Both the position numbers and the translations under genes were made by a program. This document shows, piece after piece, positions 22,934-34,560 of a DNA stretch of 64,000 nucleotides (position 1 is the stretch's first letter; each line of letters begins with the position of its first letter). A model generated the notes under the pieces. That model did not search any database and was not told the origin of the DNA. It saw only the letters and a list, made by a program, of their open reading frames with translations. This stretch comes from Diplonema japonicum (taxonomy: Eukaryota > Protista > Euglenozoa: Diplonemea). Where the stretch lies: contig OZ025673.1 of assembly GCA_964019335.1 (NCBI GenBank), forward strand, positions 310,001 through 374,000, read 5' to 3'.

Positions 22934-24258
22934 AACATTCGACAACGAGACGAATGGCGAAATCGTGAAAAATAGCACGAAACGTCCATCAGTCCGGCAT
23001 TAAATATTTTTTTTTACGGGGTTCTCTTCTAATGGGTGGCCTGGAGGCAAGAGAACGAGAGAGTAACTACCCTTTTTTTCCCCCTTTTTCTTCTCGTCGC
23101 CTTTGTATTCGAGTCTATATGTATTCCTCCCAGGCCCTGACTGAAAAGGCGGGGCAGAACAATGGTGAACGAGATAAAGTACGCGATTCAGTTTTTTTTT
23201 CTTTTTTTTTTTTTTTTTTTTTTTTACAATTTACTTTCTATTTTGTTCTCTAAAAAGCTCTTTTTTTAATTTCGTAATGAAAATAGCGGGGGGGGGGGGG
23301 GGGGGGGAGGACTAAACATATTGAAAGGAAAAAAGAACAAAAGCGCTCACCGGCCGGATATTTAAGCGCCCAATACGGGTTAAAAAAAATTTTTTTTTCT
23401 TCTATCCCCTTGATAATTACAATAACAAAGTGTTTCTGCTTACTTATGATGGGGAAAGGGGGAGAGCTAGAGACACGTATCACTGCATCTATCTATTGAT
23501 GTGTTTCCCACTTTAAAGGGATGGCAGCCCACCGCCTGAGCCCTTCGTTGCAGCAGCTCCCACTTAGTTTTCTACAGCCGACGGGGGTAGGTGGGAAGGA
23601 AAAAAAAGGGGGGGGGGGGGAACAAGAAGAAGGAGAGAGAGCAGGAAAGAACTTAGGGCTTTTCTTTTTCCTTCTTCTTTTTTTTTTTTTTTTTTTTCTT
23701 CACGGACAGGTAGAGTTTGGAAGGTAGAGAGAGACACACACCATTTTAAAAAATAAATAGGGGGTAAAAAAAAAAACAACAAGAAAAGGCTTTCTTCTAC
23801 TTCAACCTTTCCCTCCCCCTGAAAAAGCCATCATCAGCTTTTGGCAACGCAGAAAAGGCTGGAAACAAAAAAAGAGAAAAAAAGCAAAAACACATTTTTA
23901 CTGTAAATATATATATATATATATATTTTTTTTTTTTCTTCCCCACGGTAAAAGGTGTATTACCATGAAAAAGTGACGAGGCGTGACAAGGACCGAAAAA
24001 CTCGCAGACGGCCAGAAAGAACCCCTCTCGGACCGGCCCGGCATTTTCCCGAGACACCGAGAAAAAAAAAACCCCCAGACTTTTACCGTTTACATCTTAT
24101 TTTCTTCCCCCTCTCTATATCTGTTAAGGACATCAGAAAGTATCCAAACAAAAAAAAAATAACCTAGGGACCTCGTCCCTCTCCCCCCCCCTTTTTTTTT
24201 TAAATCCCCTTTGGCAAAACGCAAAACACTAAAAAAAAAAAAAAAAAAAAAAATAACC

Positions 24259-25218
24259 CTAAAGAATGATACCCCCATTCCGACCGTATCGGTTTGGGAG
24301 AGGGTACCGCCGCCACATCCTCGATGCTGGCAGCTCCCACCGCTGCCACGTGAAGCCAGCGACGAAAAGTATGAACAACCAAGCAAGAGGGACGATGATG
24401 GGGACGGTCCAAGGGCGGATCCTAGGCGGAAGAAACCCCGTAGAGGGCGACAAAAACGACATCCAAATATTGTTGTGGGTGGCGGCAGTGACCTCTTCAT
24501 CGTACAAAACAGACGCTTCGGCAATAATAGGCGCAGGGGTGGCCTGCTCCTGTAGAATACTATCAACAACCTGCCTGGCAAATAATGTAATAACAACCTG
24601 CGCGGGAAACGTCCCCATGGCGGTGGTCCATATGTAAGTTGCCATGGACACATCAACTACTGCCATAGCAGCGTTGAGGGGACCGAACAAAGGTGGGACG
24701 AGACGAAGAACAACCAATAGCCATGAAGGCGCACCTCGTACTTTTCGGTCCATCCACGCTAACCACTCTCTCGATCTGGGTGAAGGATGGTCTTCTCTTT
24801 CAGGGTTTGTAGTAGGTAAGGGAGGTGCTTGCTTTCTCTTTTGTTCCCAAAAGGACGGTGCACTGCCATACCACGCGATTCTCAGAATCGTGAAATTTAC
24901 AATGCCCCCTATAATATGCGCCATCCAGGCTGTACCCACTGCCACAGCCCAGGGTGATAAAAGAACACCGCATGTTGCTGTTAAAAGCATTTCGCCCGGT
25001 AAAGAGCAAGCTAGAACAACACTTAAAACACAACAGAAAACCACTGGTGCTCCTATGGGGTGGGTTCTCACGAACCCTTCTGCCATGGCACGGTGCTGCC
25101 GCAGATTTTCCACAGTCATGAACCGACGGCCCATTATTAAAACGGTCAAAAACCCTGTCACCATAAACAACATGCGCCGCCGGCTTCGCTGCTGGTCCGT
25201 GCCCCCTAACAAACCCAT
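24259..25218 (-). CDS. VTT/SNARE-associated (DedA superfamily, TMEM41/64-like) membrane protein
   Basis: SLPGEMLLTATCGVLL; LVVLRLVPPLFGPLNAAMA; YIWTTAMGTFPA. Confidence 0.85.
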   Translation of the reverse strand: MGLLGGTDQQRSRRRMLFMVTGFLTVLIMGRRFMTVENLRQHRAMAEGFVRTHPIGAPVVFCCVLSVVLACSLPGEMLLTATCGVLLSPWAVAVGTAWMAHIIGGIVNFTILRIAWYGSAPSFWEQKRKQAPPLPTTNPEREDHPSPRSREWLAWMDRKVRGAPSWLLVVLRLVPPLFGPLNAAMAVVDVSMATYIWTTAMGTFPAQVVITLFARQVVDSILQEQATPAPIIAEASVLYDEEVTAATHNNIWMSFLSPSTGFLPPRIRPWTVPIIVPLAWLFILFVAGFTWQRWELPASRMWRRYPLPNRYGRNGGIIL

Positions 25219-25298
25219 CTCTGCGTTTCAGACCAAAAACTTTCGTGTTTTTTTTTTTTTTTATTTTTCCTTCAAAGTCTAATCATAGGGAGGGATTC

Positions 25299-25336
<38 letters not shown>

Positions 25337-25370
25337 CTATGTCCTCCCCCTTTCTCCTTTTTTTTATTTT

Positions 25371-25404
<34 letters not shown>

Positions 25405-26815
25405 CCCCCGCGGAATTTAAAAAAAAAAAAAAAAAAAAGAAGAATTAGAGAGGGATGGGGGAAAAAATAAAATAAGATAAAATAAAATAGATTCTGACAC
25501 ATGTCTCATCCTCGACTTTTCCAACTTTCAAAAAAAAGGGGGGGGGAGTGCGTGTGAGAGGCTCAGGCCCAGGAGGGGAGAGAGGTCTGAACCTCTGTTT
25601 TGTTCTTTTGGTGAATAGCTGTAAATTAAGGGGTGGATGAAAAAGCAAAAAGAAATGGAGGGGGGGGGGGGGCATATCGGGATTATAATAGTGAGGGGAA
25701 AGTGGTGTGTGTCAAAAAAAATGAAAATAAAAAATGAAAATAAAAAACTTAAAATGTGAGAAACTTGCCTTAAACTTCAAAGGGACAGGGACAGGGGAGG
25801 GAGGGTAAAAAGTGGGAGGGAGGGTCTTTGCTTTTTCTTTTTTCTTAAACGCGATCTTTTATTTTTCTTCTCCGACGCCACGTTTCTCAATCCTACACCA
25901 CATCAAACACTAACCATTCCCCCTAATCGCTGACAAGCTTAAGGGGGGCCAGTTTTTTTTTTCTTCTTCCCTTTTCCTTTTCTTCTTTTTTTTTTTAAAT
26001 TAAAAATTAGTAAAACTCTAGCTTTCCACCATTTTCTTTTTTTTTTTTCCTGCTTCAGACCCAGAACCGTGTAAACGGGCTCACATGCTGTGGCATTCAT
26101 AAAAAAAAAGGGGGGATTTTTGAAGTATTCCTCCCCTTTTTTTTTTCCTTCTTTTTTTTCCCCTCCATTCTTTTTCTTAGTTTCACATCCCCCCCCTTCT
26201 TGCAAAAAAAAAATGTTTTACCCTAGAAAGGGCTGTTTTTAACTTTTTTTTTTCCCTTCTTTGAAACAGGAGACGAAGAGTGGGGAGGGGGGGCGAAACT
26301 TTTTTTTTTTTTTTGAGACTGGGCAATGGGAAGGGGGGAAAAAAACTCAGATATTAAATTCTACGGCCGCCAGTGTCGGCCTCACCGATTGGAAAGTCTT
26401 AAGTGAAAAAAGAAGATGTCTTTGAAAGAAAATAAAATAAAATAAAAAAGGGGGGAAGATGGACAAGTAAAGAGGGGTTCACAATGATGGGGAAGGGGAG
26501 GGGAAGGGGGGCGAGAAACGGCCTACCACAAAAAAAAAGGTCTTGCCTTAGCGCAAGCCTCTTTTCTTTCTCCCCCCCTTTTTCCCCCCCCTCTTCTCAT
26601 CTTTTCCTTCTTCTTTTCAAGTAAAAAGAAAAACTTTATTGCCTTAAGAAAGAGGAAAATAAATAAAAAGGGGGAGATAATCAAGAATAAAACTATTAAA
26701 CACAAAAAAAAAAAAAGCCAGGCTGAAAAATTAAGGGGCTTAAGGTGGGAGGGGCAACTGAAAAGGCGGTTATTCTTAAGCCGTTTCAGGTGTGACTAAA
26801 AAAAAAAAAAAAAGA

Positions 26816-27020
26816 GAGATGAGATAAAGGAGGTTCCTGTTTTGGAACTTTTTGTCTCTACTTATCTACCCCTTTCTCCCTTCTGGGGCCTCGGCCTTTC
26901 TTTCTTTTTTGGTTGTGTTGCCTTTCTCAAAGTATTCTCTCTTTCTTCTTGCCACTTTCTGGCCAGAAAAAAAAAAAAAATCACTATGATAGGAAACGAA
27001 GTGGTTAGCAACGGCCCACC
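26816..27020. repeat. Dispersed motif family 4 (26816-26860) and family 2 (26981-27020)
   Basis: gagatgaga.aaaggaggttcctgt.ttggaac...ttgtctcta recurs at 48912-48960; tcactatgataggaaacgaagtggttagcaacggccc recurs at 8941. Confidence 0.7.
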
Positions 27021-27196
27021 AAAAAAAAATAACGCTATGTCGCATGGCAGCAGAAAAAAAGGGCTTGCGGGCATTTGGAACAAAAAGAAAAATGCGTTTC
27101 GGTTACCTTATCATAGCCTAGGGGAGCGGAGAGAGAAATTAATCAAAAATGGGGGGGGGCGTTTAAAAAAAAGAAAAACAATCTCTTATGACTTCG

Positions 27197-27433
27197 TTAC
27201 GTACTAACACCACCACCACTGTTGGGGGTTCCTTGCTGGAGAATAGCAGGGCTGAAAGGAAGAGCAGAGGGGGCCAGTTGGCTCGTGTTGAATTGTGGCT
27301 GTAATTATTTTTTTTTTAAAAACTCCTAAACCGTATTTTCCCCCTTTGCATACTTGGAACTGCTGCTGACCAAGAGACTGGAAAAGCGCAGGCTGTTGCC
27401 CAGGGATGCTGTTTCCATTAATGAACCGGACCT

Positions 27434-27467
<34 letters not shown>

Positions 27468-29374
27468 CTTCCCTCCTTGTATACCTCATGCAAGAACACA
27501 GTCTGCGCCTGCCCATTGCTTCCCCCTTCTTGCTCAACAAGCATCATGTTCCCGTTTTGGCTGCCGGTCAGATCCTGCCCGGCACCCATTGCGTAGCCTG
27601 CCCCATCAATACTCTCTGTCGGCGGTGTGGAGCCCAAGATATCCAGCATAGACATGTCGTCCCCTGCATAGGTTGTGTTATCAAGTATTCCCACACCTTG
27701 CTGCATGCCCTGCTGCTGTTGCTTGAGCTGCCCGTCGTATATCTGCTGCTGTGGTATCTGCTGCTGCATCAACTGGAACGCAGCGTCCTGGAACTGTGGC
27801 TGCTGCTGCTGCGGGACGAACTGCTGTTGCTGCTGATGCAGCTGTTGTTGTTGGTGTTGCTGTTGTTGCTGCTGCTGTCTGATGGCGTAGTCCTCGTTGG
27901 TGTACTGCTCCTTCCACCCCTTCCCGTTCGAGCTCTGCTGCGCAGGGGTGGGCGCTTGTATCGTGCAGTTGATCCCCCAATCCGCTTGCTGGTGGCCACC
28001 ACGCAGGGCACCCCTGCCGCCTTTCCCACCCCTAGCACCTCTTCCCTTCCCCTTGCCTCCGGACTCCTTTCCGCCTGTAGAAACGAGGACGTTGTTCACC
28101 CGGAAGTCTTGCCTGTCATCCCTTTCGTACCTTTCTGTTTCCCCCTTGCCGCCAAGCCTCTTGGGGGGCACTGCCATCTGCTTGTCAAGGTCCGCCTGTT
28201 GCCCAAGGCATGCTGAGTCGTGCTGCCGCCCCTGAAGGCCCACTACGGTGGGCTTGTCGGGGTCCATGGACCACACAAACTGGTCCTTGTGCCTGGACAG
28301 GAACCTCATGAGGATGGACAGAGTGGGCGAGAGGAAGGTGGCGAAGGTCATATCACGCGAGAGGAGGTCCAGAAGGTCGCGCTTGTCCATATCTTTGCTG
28401 CCCAGTAGTTGGAGGAGGTAGTCGTGGAGGCTGACCTCAGCTTGGGACATGGGGAGGTTGGTGCACAACTCACGCTGGCCGGGCTTCAAGACGATTCTGG
28501 GCTCCGGAGAAACCGTCTTCTTCTTCAGCGCACGGTCGCTGAAGGTGAAGAGGGTGAAGACGTCAGTGTGCTTGTTGAGGAACTTCTCAAGGGAGCCGCA
28601 TTTCTGCAGGATGACGGAGTCGTACAGCTTGGGTAGCTTGTCCTTGAGGATGTCGTTGGCCAGGGCAGAGGTGATGGACCCGCCTCTGGGGTTCACCTTT
28701 TCGTCAGCAATGATTTCCCGCAGAACCTCAAGCACCTCCTGCTCATCATCCTGCACCACGGTGGCTGCGTGGTACTTGACGTGAAGCGTGACGTGCGTGG
28801 GTTTGAAGCTGAGCGGTTCCATGCCCACAGAAGAGTCCATCCTGCATGACAGGTCTTGCATCTTGATGTCCTGCTCACACCCTTCGCCGGTGAACCGCAC
28901 GAAGGTCTGCAGTGTAGCCTCCCTTGGTAGTGCCATGCTGCTGCTGCTCAAGAGAAGGTGTATGGGGCTGATCCTCTCGTTGCCGCCCCCGAGGCCGTCA
29001 ACGCGGCACTTCAGAGTGGCGGGGAGGATTTGCATCGTGCCCTTCGAGACACTGCCGGGCTTGAAGGTGGGCAGCCTGACCGTCACAGTCTGCAGGCCGT
29101 TTAGCACCAACGTGACCCACTCCTCAACCACAGCCTGCGAGGTGTTGTGGTGTGTGTATGATCTACGATTTACACATACGTCTGTCTGTATACATGTATC
29201 GGTGTTCATCTGTGCCAGCAGGGGAGGCATCGAAGGGCTTGTCATCTTGTCATCACTTTAAAAAAAGAATTTTTTTTTCCCCGTTCTATTTTTTTTTTTT
29301 TTTTTTTTCCATACTTCTTCCCGGCGCTGTGAGGCAACACCAAGGGTGAAAACCTCTGCTGTGGTTGCTGAGGC

Positions 29375-29405
<31 letters not shown>

Positions 29406-29697
29406 GCAGCTGCTGCTGCTGCAGCTGTTGTTGCTGCTGTTGCTGATACTGCTGTACGGCTGATTGAGGAGGCTGTGCCTGCGTCGGTGTTTGCACATTT
29501 GTATTGCCTACACCAAGCACGAAAATATCAGAGTTACCGTTTTGTTGTTGTTGCTGTTGTTGCTGTTGTTGTTGCTGGTGTTGTTCTTGACCGTCGCCTC
29601 TGTATGTTAAAGTTTCTTAACTGGCCCGTGGCCCCCCCTCTGCATACCCATTGCTATTACAGGATGTGTCTATGCCCAGCATGGTAGCGATCGACAT
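27197..29697 (-). CDS. PolyQ, RGG-rich protein with putative winged-helix/LOTUS-like domains and a C-terminal PAM2-like motif; five introns (29600-29647, 29508-29537, 29256-29314, 27432-27484, 27299-27353)
   Basis: All five GT-AG joins keep the frame from ATG 29697 to TAA 27197; GSLEKFLNKHTDVF; GKGRGARGGKGGRG; SQLAPSALPFSP. Confidence 0.8.
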
Positions 29698-29786
29698 TGT
29701 TCGGAAAAAAAAAGAAAAAAGAAAATGGGAAAAAGGGGGTTTTTAAGGAGGGAGAAAGAAAGGGTTTTCTTTTTAAAAAAATACTA

Positions 29787-29821
<35 letters not shown>

Positions 29822-31012
29822 CCCCCACTCTCACCTCCCTTCCTCTGGGTGTGTGTGCGTGTGTAAGAGATAATAAAAACTTGACGCGAAAAGAGGGAAA
29901 AGAAAAAAAAGGGGGGGAAGAAAAAAAAAAAAGCTAGGATCACTTTGGAACAGAGTCTTGTGAAAACGGAAAAAGATATATAAAATAAGAGAGAAGGATA
30001 ACTGACAATGCCAATTCTAAACGAAGAAATTAAGAAAAAAAAAGTCATGCACAAAAATAGGGGGGGGGGGGGAGAGAGACGGGAGTGTAAGCAACAACCC
30101 CACTAAAGAAAAATAATTGAGAAGAAAGGGGAAAGAAGAAAAAAAAAAAGATACAGGGGAAACAGGGAAAATAAAATAAAAACGAGTCATCTTTTTTTTT
30201 TCTTCTTTCTTCCTTCTTCTTTTTTTTCTTCTTCCCCCCCCCCCCCCGTCATTTTTTTCTCAGAAAAGAGAGGAGAGAAAGTACTGCAAAAGTACAATTT
30301 GTGTTTTTTTTTTTTTTTTTTTTTTTAAAGTAGGAAGAGAGAGAAAAAAAAAGGGGAGATCACAACAAAAACAACAGAGAAAGTGCTCAGAAAGCGAGCA
30401 TTAACACTACGAGAAAGTGCAGACTCACGCCCAAAAAAAAAAAAAAAATCAAAGAAGAGGGGAGCACTGCTTAACCTTGCTCATAGCAAGCGAAGAGAAT
30501 ATCGGTTTCTTTTTATTTCCCTTTTTTTCGTGACCATGTAGACAAGGGGGGGGGGGGGGGGGGGGCTGAAGTGGGGTTCGCCAGCCAGAGTCTTGTTGTG
30601 CCAATGTTGTATTTTCCGTTCTTCTTTATTTTTCGTTCATTCTAACTTTATATCGGCACAAAAAAAAACACTCGTTGTGGTACCCCCCACCCCCCCCCCC
30701 TCTTTTTTATGTGGAGCGAAAAAAAATATGATGCGGGAGAAGATCTTCTTTTTATTAAAGTTCTCCATACTTTTAAAAAGGATTTTTGTGTTGGCAAAAA
30801 AAAAAAAAAATAAAAAAAACAAAAGAAAGCGTTTCCGTTTTCTAAGTTTTAAAGATTAAATATCACTATGATGGGGGTATGTTGGCAACTACCCACTGGG
30901 AAAAAAAAAAAAAAAAAAAAAAAAAAACGGGCGAGATACTGACTTCAGCCCCAATATCATGTTGCCAAAAAAAAAAAAAAAAAAGAAGTTTTGAAAGTAG
31001 GAAGGGGTTTGA

Positions 31013-31063
<51 letters not shown>

Positions 31064-32024
31064 GCGAGTTCGAACTAACCCGCAGTAGAGAGACGGATGT
31101 CGCACAGCCAGGACTTAACCTGTAGGGATAAGCTCCTCAACAATGCTATCTCCACTTTTTAGGAATACCAGTTCAGTGTTAGAAGGGAAGGAAAAAAAAA
31201 AAAAAAAAAAAGAAAAAACTCGTGTCAAAGACAAAAAAAAAATAAAAGCGGCAAAAGGGTTTGCATTATTGGTACTAGCAAGGGGTAGGAAGAGAAGGGA
31301 AAAGGAACAAAAAAAAAAAAATAGTTAACTGTAGTACCCTTCCCCGGCCCAACCGAAAAAATTCCTAGCCCGTCAAGAGGCCTTTTTCTTCTTCTTTTTC
31401 TTTATCTTTTCCAGAATAGGTGTGTTTTCCCCCTTCTTTTTTTTTTTTTTTTCCTCCTTTTCTTCTTCTATCCCTTCCGTTTTCTTACTTTTCTTTTTTT
31501 TGTTCTCGTCTTCTTTTAAAGATCAGCAACCATTGTCTTCCCTCTTTTTTTTTTCTTTCCTCCTTTTTTTTTTCCCAAGTGCTTGAGCTGACTCAGAAAA
31601 AGGAGAGAAAAAAAGGGGGAGGGTTGAGTCTCTAAAAAAAAAAAAGAATGAGAGAAAAAGAAAACAAAGAAAAGCTTCATTTTAGTTTCTCCCAGTGAAC
31701 AGAAGGGATCGTTAAAAAAAAAGGGGGGGGTTAAAACCATTCCTGTGTATTTCACTTTCTTTTTTTTTTCGGCCGTACAATCTCATTAACTATCTTTCAT
31801 CAGTGGAAGAAAAAAAGTGTATAAATGGAAAGAAAAAAAAAAGAAAAAAAAAAAAACACGATAAGGAAAGAAGTGCTAGTAACGACCATAGAAGATTTAT
31901 TATTTTTTTTTGTTCTTTTTTTTTGTTCTTTTTTTTTTTGGGAGCACAAAAAAAAAGGTTTGAAAAAAAAAAAGAAAAAAAAAATATATGAGTTAAAGGA
32001 GGCCGGTGTTGGCGGCGCCCTTTG

Positions 32025-32064
<40 letters not shown>

Positions 32065-32386
32065 AAAGTACAGGAAAAAAAATCCCTTCCTTAATGAGCC
32101 CTAACCCCCGTTTTTCTTTTTTATTTTATTTTTTTTGTCGTGCAGAAAAACCTTGCGTCAAAGAGAAAAAAGTGAACCGGGAAGAAAAAAAGAAAAATTA
32201 CGAAACACTTATTCATGATGAAGCGCATTTTTTAAACTAGATATTAATGCGCGTTTGCCAACTAGTCCTTCTGTTTTTAAAACCTTTTCGCACTTAACAA
32301 AAAACAAAGGGGTTTACTTGGGCAAAACACATTGAAAGGGGTTAGATAGGGGATTCAAAACCAGTCAAAATGGAATGGAATAAAAA

Positions 32387-32426
32387 GAGACATTTAAGGG
32401 TACCTGCGGTATGTGGCAGGACGCCC
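32387..32426. repeat. Dispersed hairpin motif family 1
   Basis: gagacatttaagggtacctgcggtatgtggcaggacgcc is identical to 63641-63679; variants at 48488-48524 and 2721-2752. Confidence 0.8.
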
Positions 32427-33096
32427 AAAAAGACAGACTTCACATTTTTGGATAGCGGTAGTTTAAGGGAAGAAAAGATTCTACATTGTAAAAAAAAGGA
32501 AAAATAGGGGGGGGGGTGTGGGGAAAAATAGTCTCATGAAATTAGGAAATAAAACCTTTTAAAAAGGCAACACAGAAAAATAAAATAAGAAGAAGGGGGG
32601 GGGGGGGGAGAGAATCGAAGGAGGGAAAAGAGAACAAAAATTAAAAGAACAGGGTGCTTGCATGTGTTTTTATGCTTTCCAATGCAACGAACGGACTGCA
32701 ATCTCAAGAAGAAGAAAAAAAAAAGAAAGAAAAGAACTGAGCAGTACTAATAAAGTACAAATAAAGTTGTCTCGATTTTAGTGGTGCCATGCAGTATGTG
32801 ACACAGCGGCCAATAAAGAAAAGGGGAGAAAAAAAAATATGGTTCCCTGATGAGGGGGGGAAAGTGTTCGCAAGTTAACCCACAAAAAGAAAATAACAAA
32901 AAATAGTGGTACATAAGAGGGAAAAAAAAAAAAAAGAGGTTGCTTTTGTTTTTTTATTTTATTTTTCCAACCCCCCCCATTCCTAACACAAGGAAATAGA
33001 AATGGAGAAAACATGATAAAAAAAAATCTTTTTTTTTTTTTGAAAAAAAACTTTGATACTTTTTTTTTTTTTTTTTTTTTTTTTTCCAATCCTCAT

Positions 33097-33747
33097 TCAC
33101 TCCTGACTGCCTTCCTCTTCAGAGACGGCAAAGCTGGTAGTTGATGCGTTCTTGCCCGTCACCTTCTTGCCATGGAGGGTAGCCGCGTACAGAGTTTTCC
33201 TCTGCGTGCCTTCCTGAATTTCATCCGAGCTGTAACCAGCATCCTCAAAGGATGCAGTAGAATTCCTTTTACTGTATGGAGTTGCTACATAGCTCCTCCT
33301 CCTTGTACCAGTAGACCTCCTCCTGTACTGCGTGCCTTCTTGAATTTCATCCGAGCTGTATCCAGCATCTTCAAAGGATGCAGTGGAGTTCCTCTTGCTG
33401 TACGGGGTTGCAACGTAGCCCTTCCTTGCACCGGTAGACCTCCTCCTGTACTGGATGCCGTCGTCAGATTCTTCGGCAGAAGTGACGGTCTCAGTCCTGT
33501 AGCGGGGTGTGGCTTTCCTCACTGACTCATCTAAAGAAGCGGACGAGGCTCCTTTTCTGCAATACGGTGTGGCAACGTATGTTTTCCTCATGCCCTTCAG
33601 GGTTGTGTCGGTCACTAGTGTAGTTGCAACAGACAGCGCCTCGCTGCCCCTTCGCGAGGCAACCCCCTCTGCCTTAGGCACCGGTGTCACAGCGGAGGCA
33701 GACTTAACACGGTTCACTGGCGGCGAAGAAGACTGTGTGCAACCCAT
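33097..33747 (-). CDS. Putatively acylated (MGC) low-complexity protein with a ~42 aa internal repeat
   Basis: 216 aa ORF; YVATPYSKRNSTASFEDAGYSSDEIQEGTQ occurs twice, plus partial copies. Confidence 0.8.
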   Translation of the reverse strand: MGCTQSSSPPVNRVKSASAVTPVPKAEGVASRRGSEALSVATTLVTDTTLKGMRKTYVATPYCRKGASSASLDESVRKATPRYRTETVTSAEESDDGIQYRRRSTGARKGYVATPYSKRNSTASFEDAGYSSDEIQEGTQYRRRSTGTRRRSYVATPYSKRNSTASFEDAGYSSDEIQEGTQRKTLYAATLHGKKVTGKNASTTSFAVSEEEGSQE

Positions 33748-34560
33748 CTTTCTAAGTTTTTTTTTTCCTTTTTTCTTTTTTATTTCTGTAAAAGATTTTT
33801 TTTTTTTTTTTTTTTTTTTTTCTTATTTTTAATACCCGTGGGGCATGGGCTAAAATTATTTAATAAATACTGTAGTAAAAAAAAAGGAGATAAAAAAAAA
33901 AAAAGAAAGAAATAATAGTAAGGAGGAAGGAGTGCAAACAGGTTAAAAAAGAAAAAAGAAAAAAAAAGAAGAAAAGCACAGCCAGAGAGGGGCAAGTTAG
34001 GAAAAACTATGTCAAATGCTTTTAATAAACAGGGGGGGGAAGGGGACACGAGAGTGTTTTGAAAATAAAAACGAGGGGGACGGGAACGAGAAGGAAAACC
34101 TTTGGACTTTTAACAAAGAAAAAAAAAGAAAAGGCAAGAATAGGAGAAATCTTCCTATGTGTTCTTTTTCCATGTCTAAGAATAAAAAACGGGGGGAGGG
34201 GGCAAAGAAAGAAATTTAACCGCAGGGGAGGAGGGGGGGGGGCCTCATTGCGTTCTCTTACGTATTCTAGGAGGGCACCATAAAGAGAAGAAAATTAAGA
34301 AACACTTCCTCTAGGATTCTCCCCCCCCCCCCCCCCCCGGTTCCCACCCTCCTTTTCTTATTCCATTATTTTTTAACACACTTGTTTCTTTTTTTTTAAA
34401 TATTTAATTCGAGTATTTTTCTTTTTTTATTAAAGTTATTTCACATCTAAAAAACACTTACAGAGGCAGGGGGGGGGGGGGGGGGTGTAAAGAGTTTCTT
34501 CTTCTTTTTTTTCATTTTCCTTTCTCATCTTATGCTGAAAATTAAAGTAGACCGTACCCT

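Noticed and set aside
31060-31140. tRNA or Pol III gene (gttcgaac B-box-like word)
   Set aside because: No cloverleaf or convincing A-box could be built.
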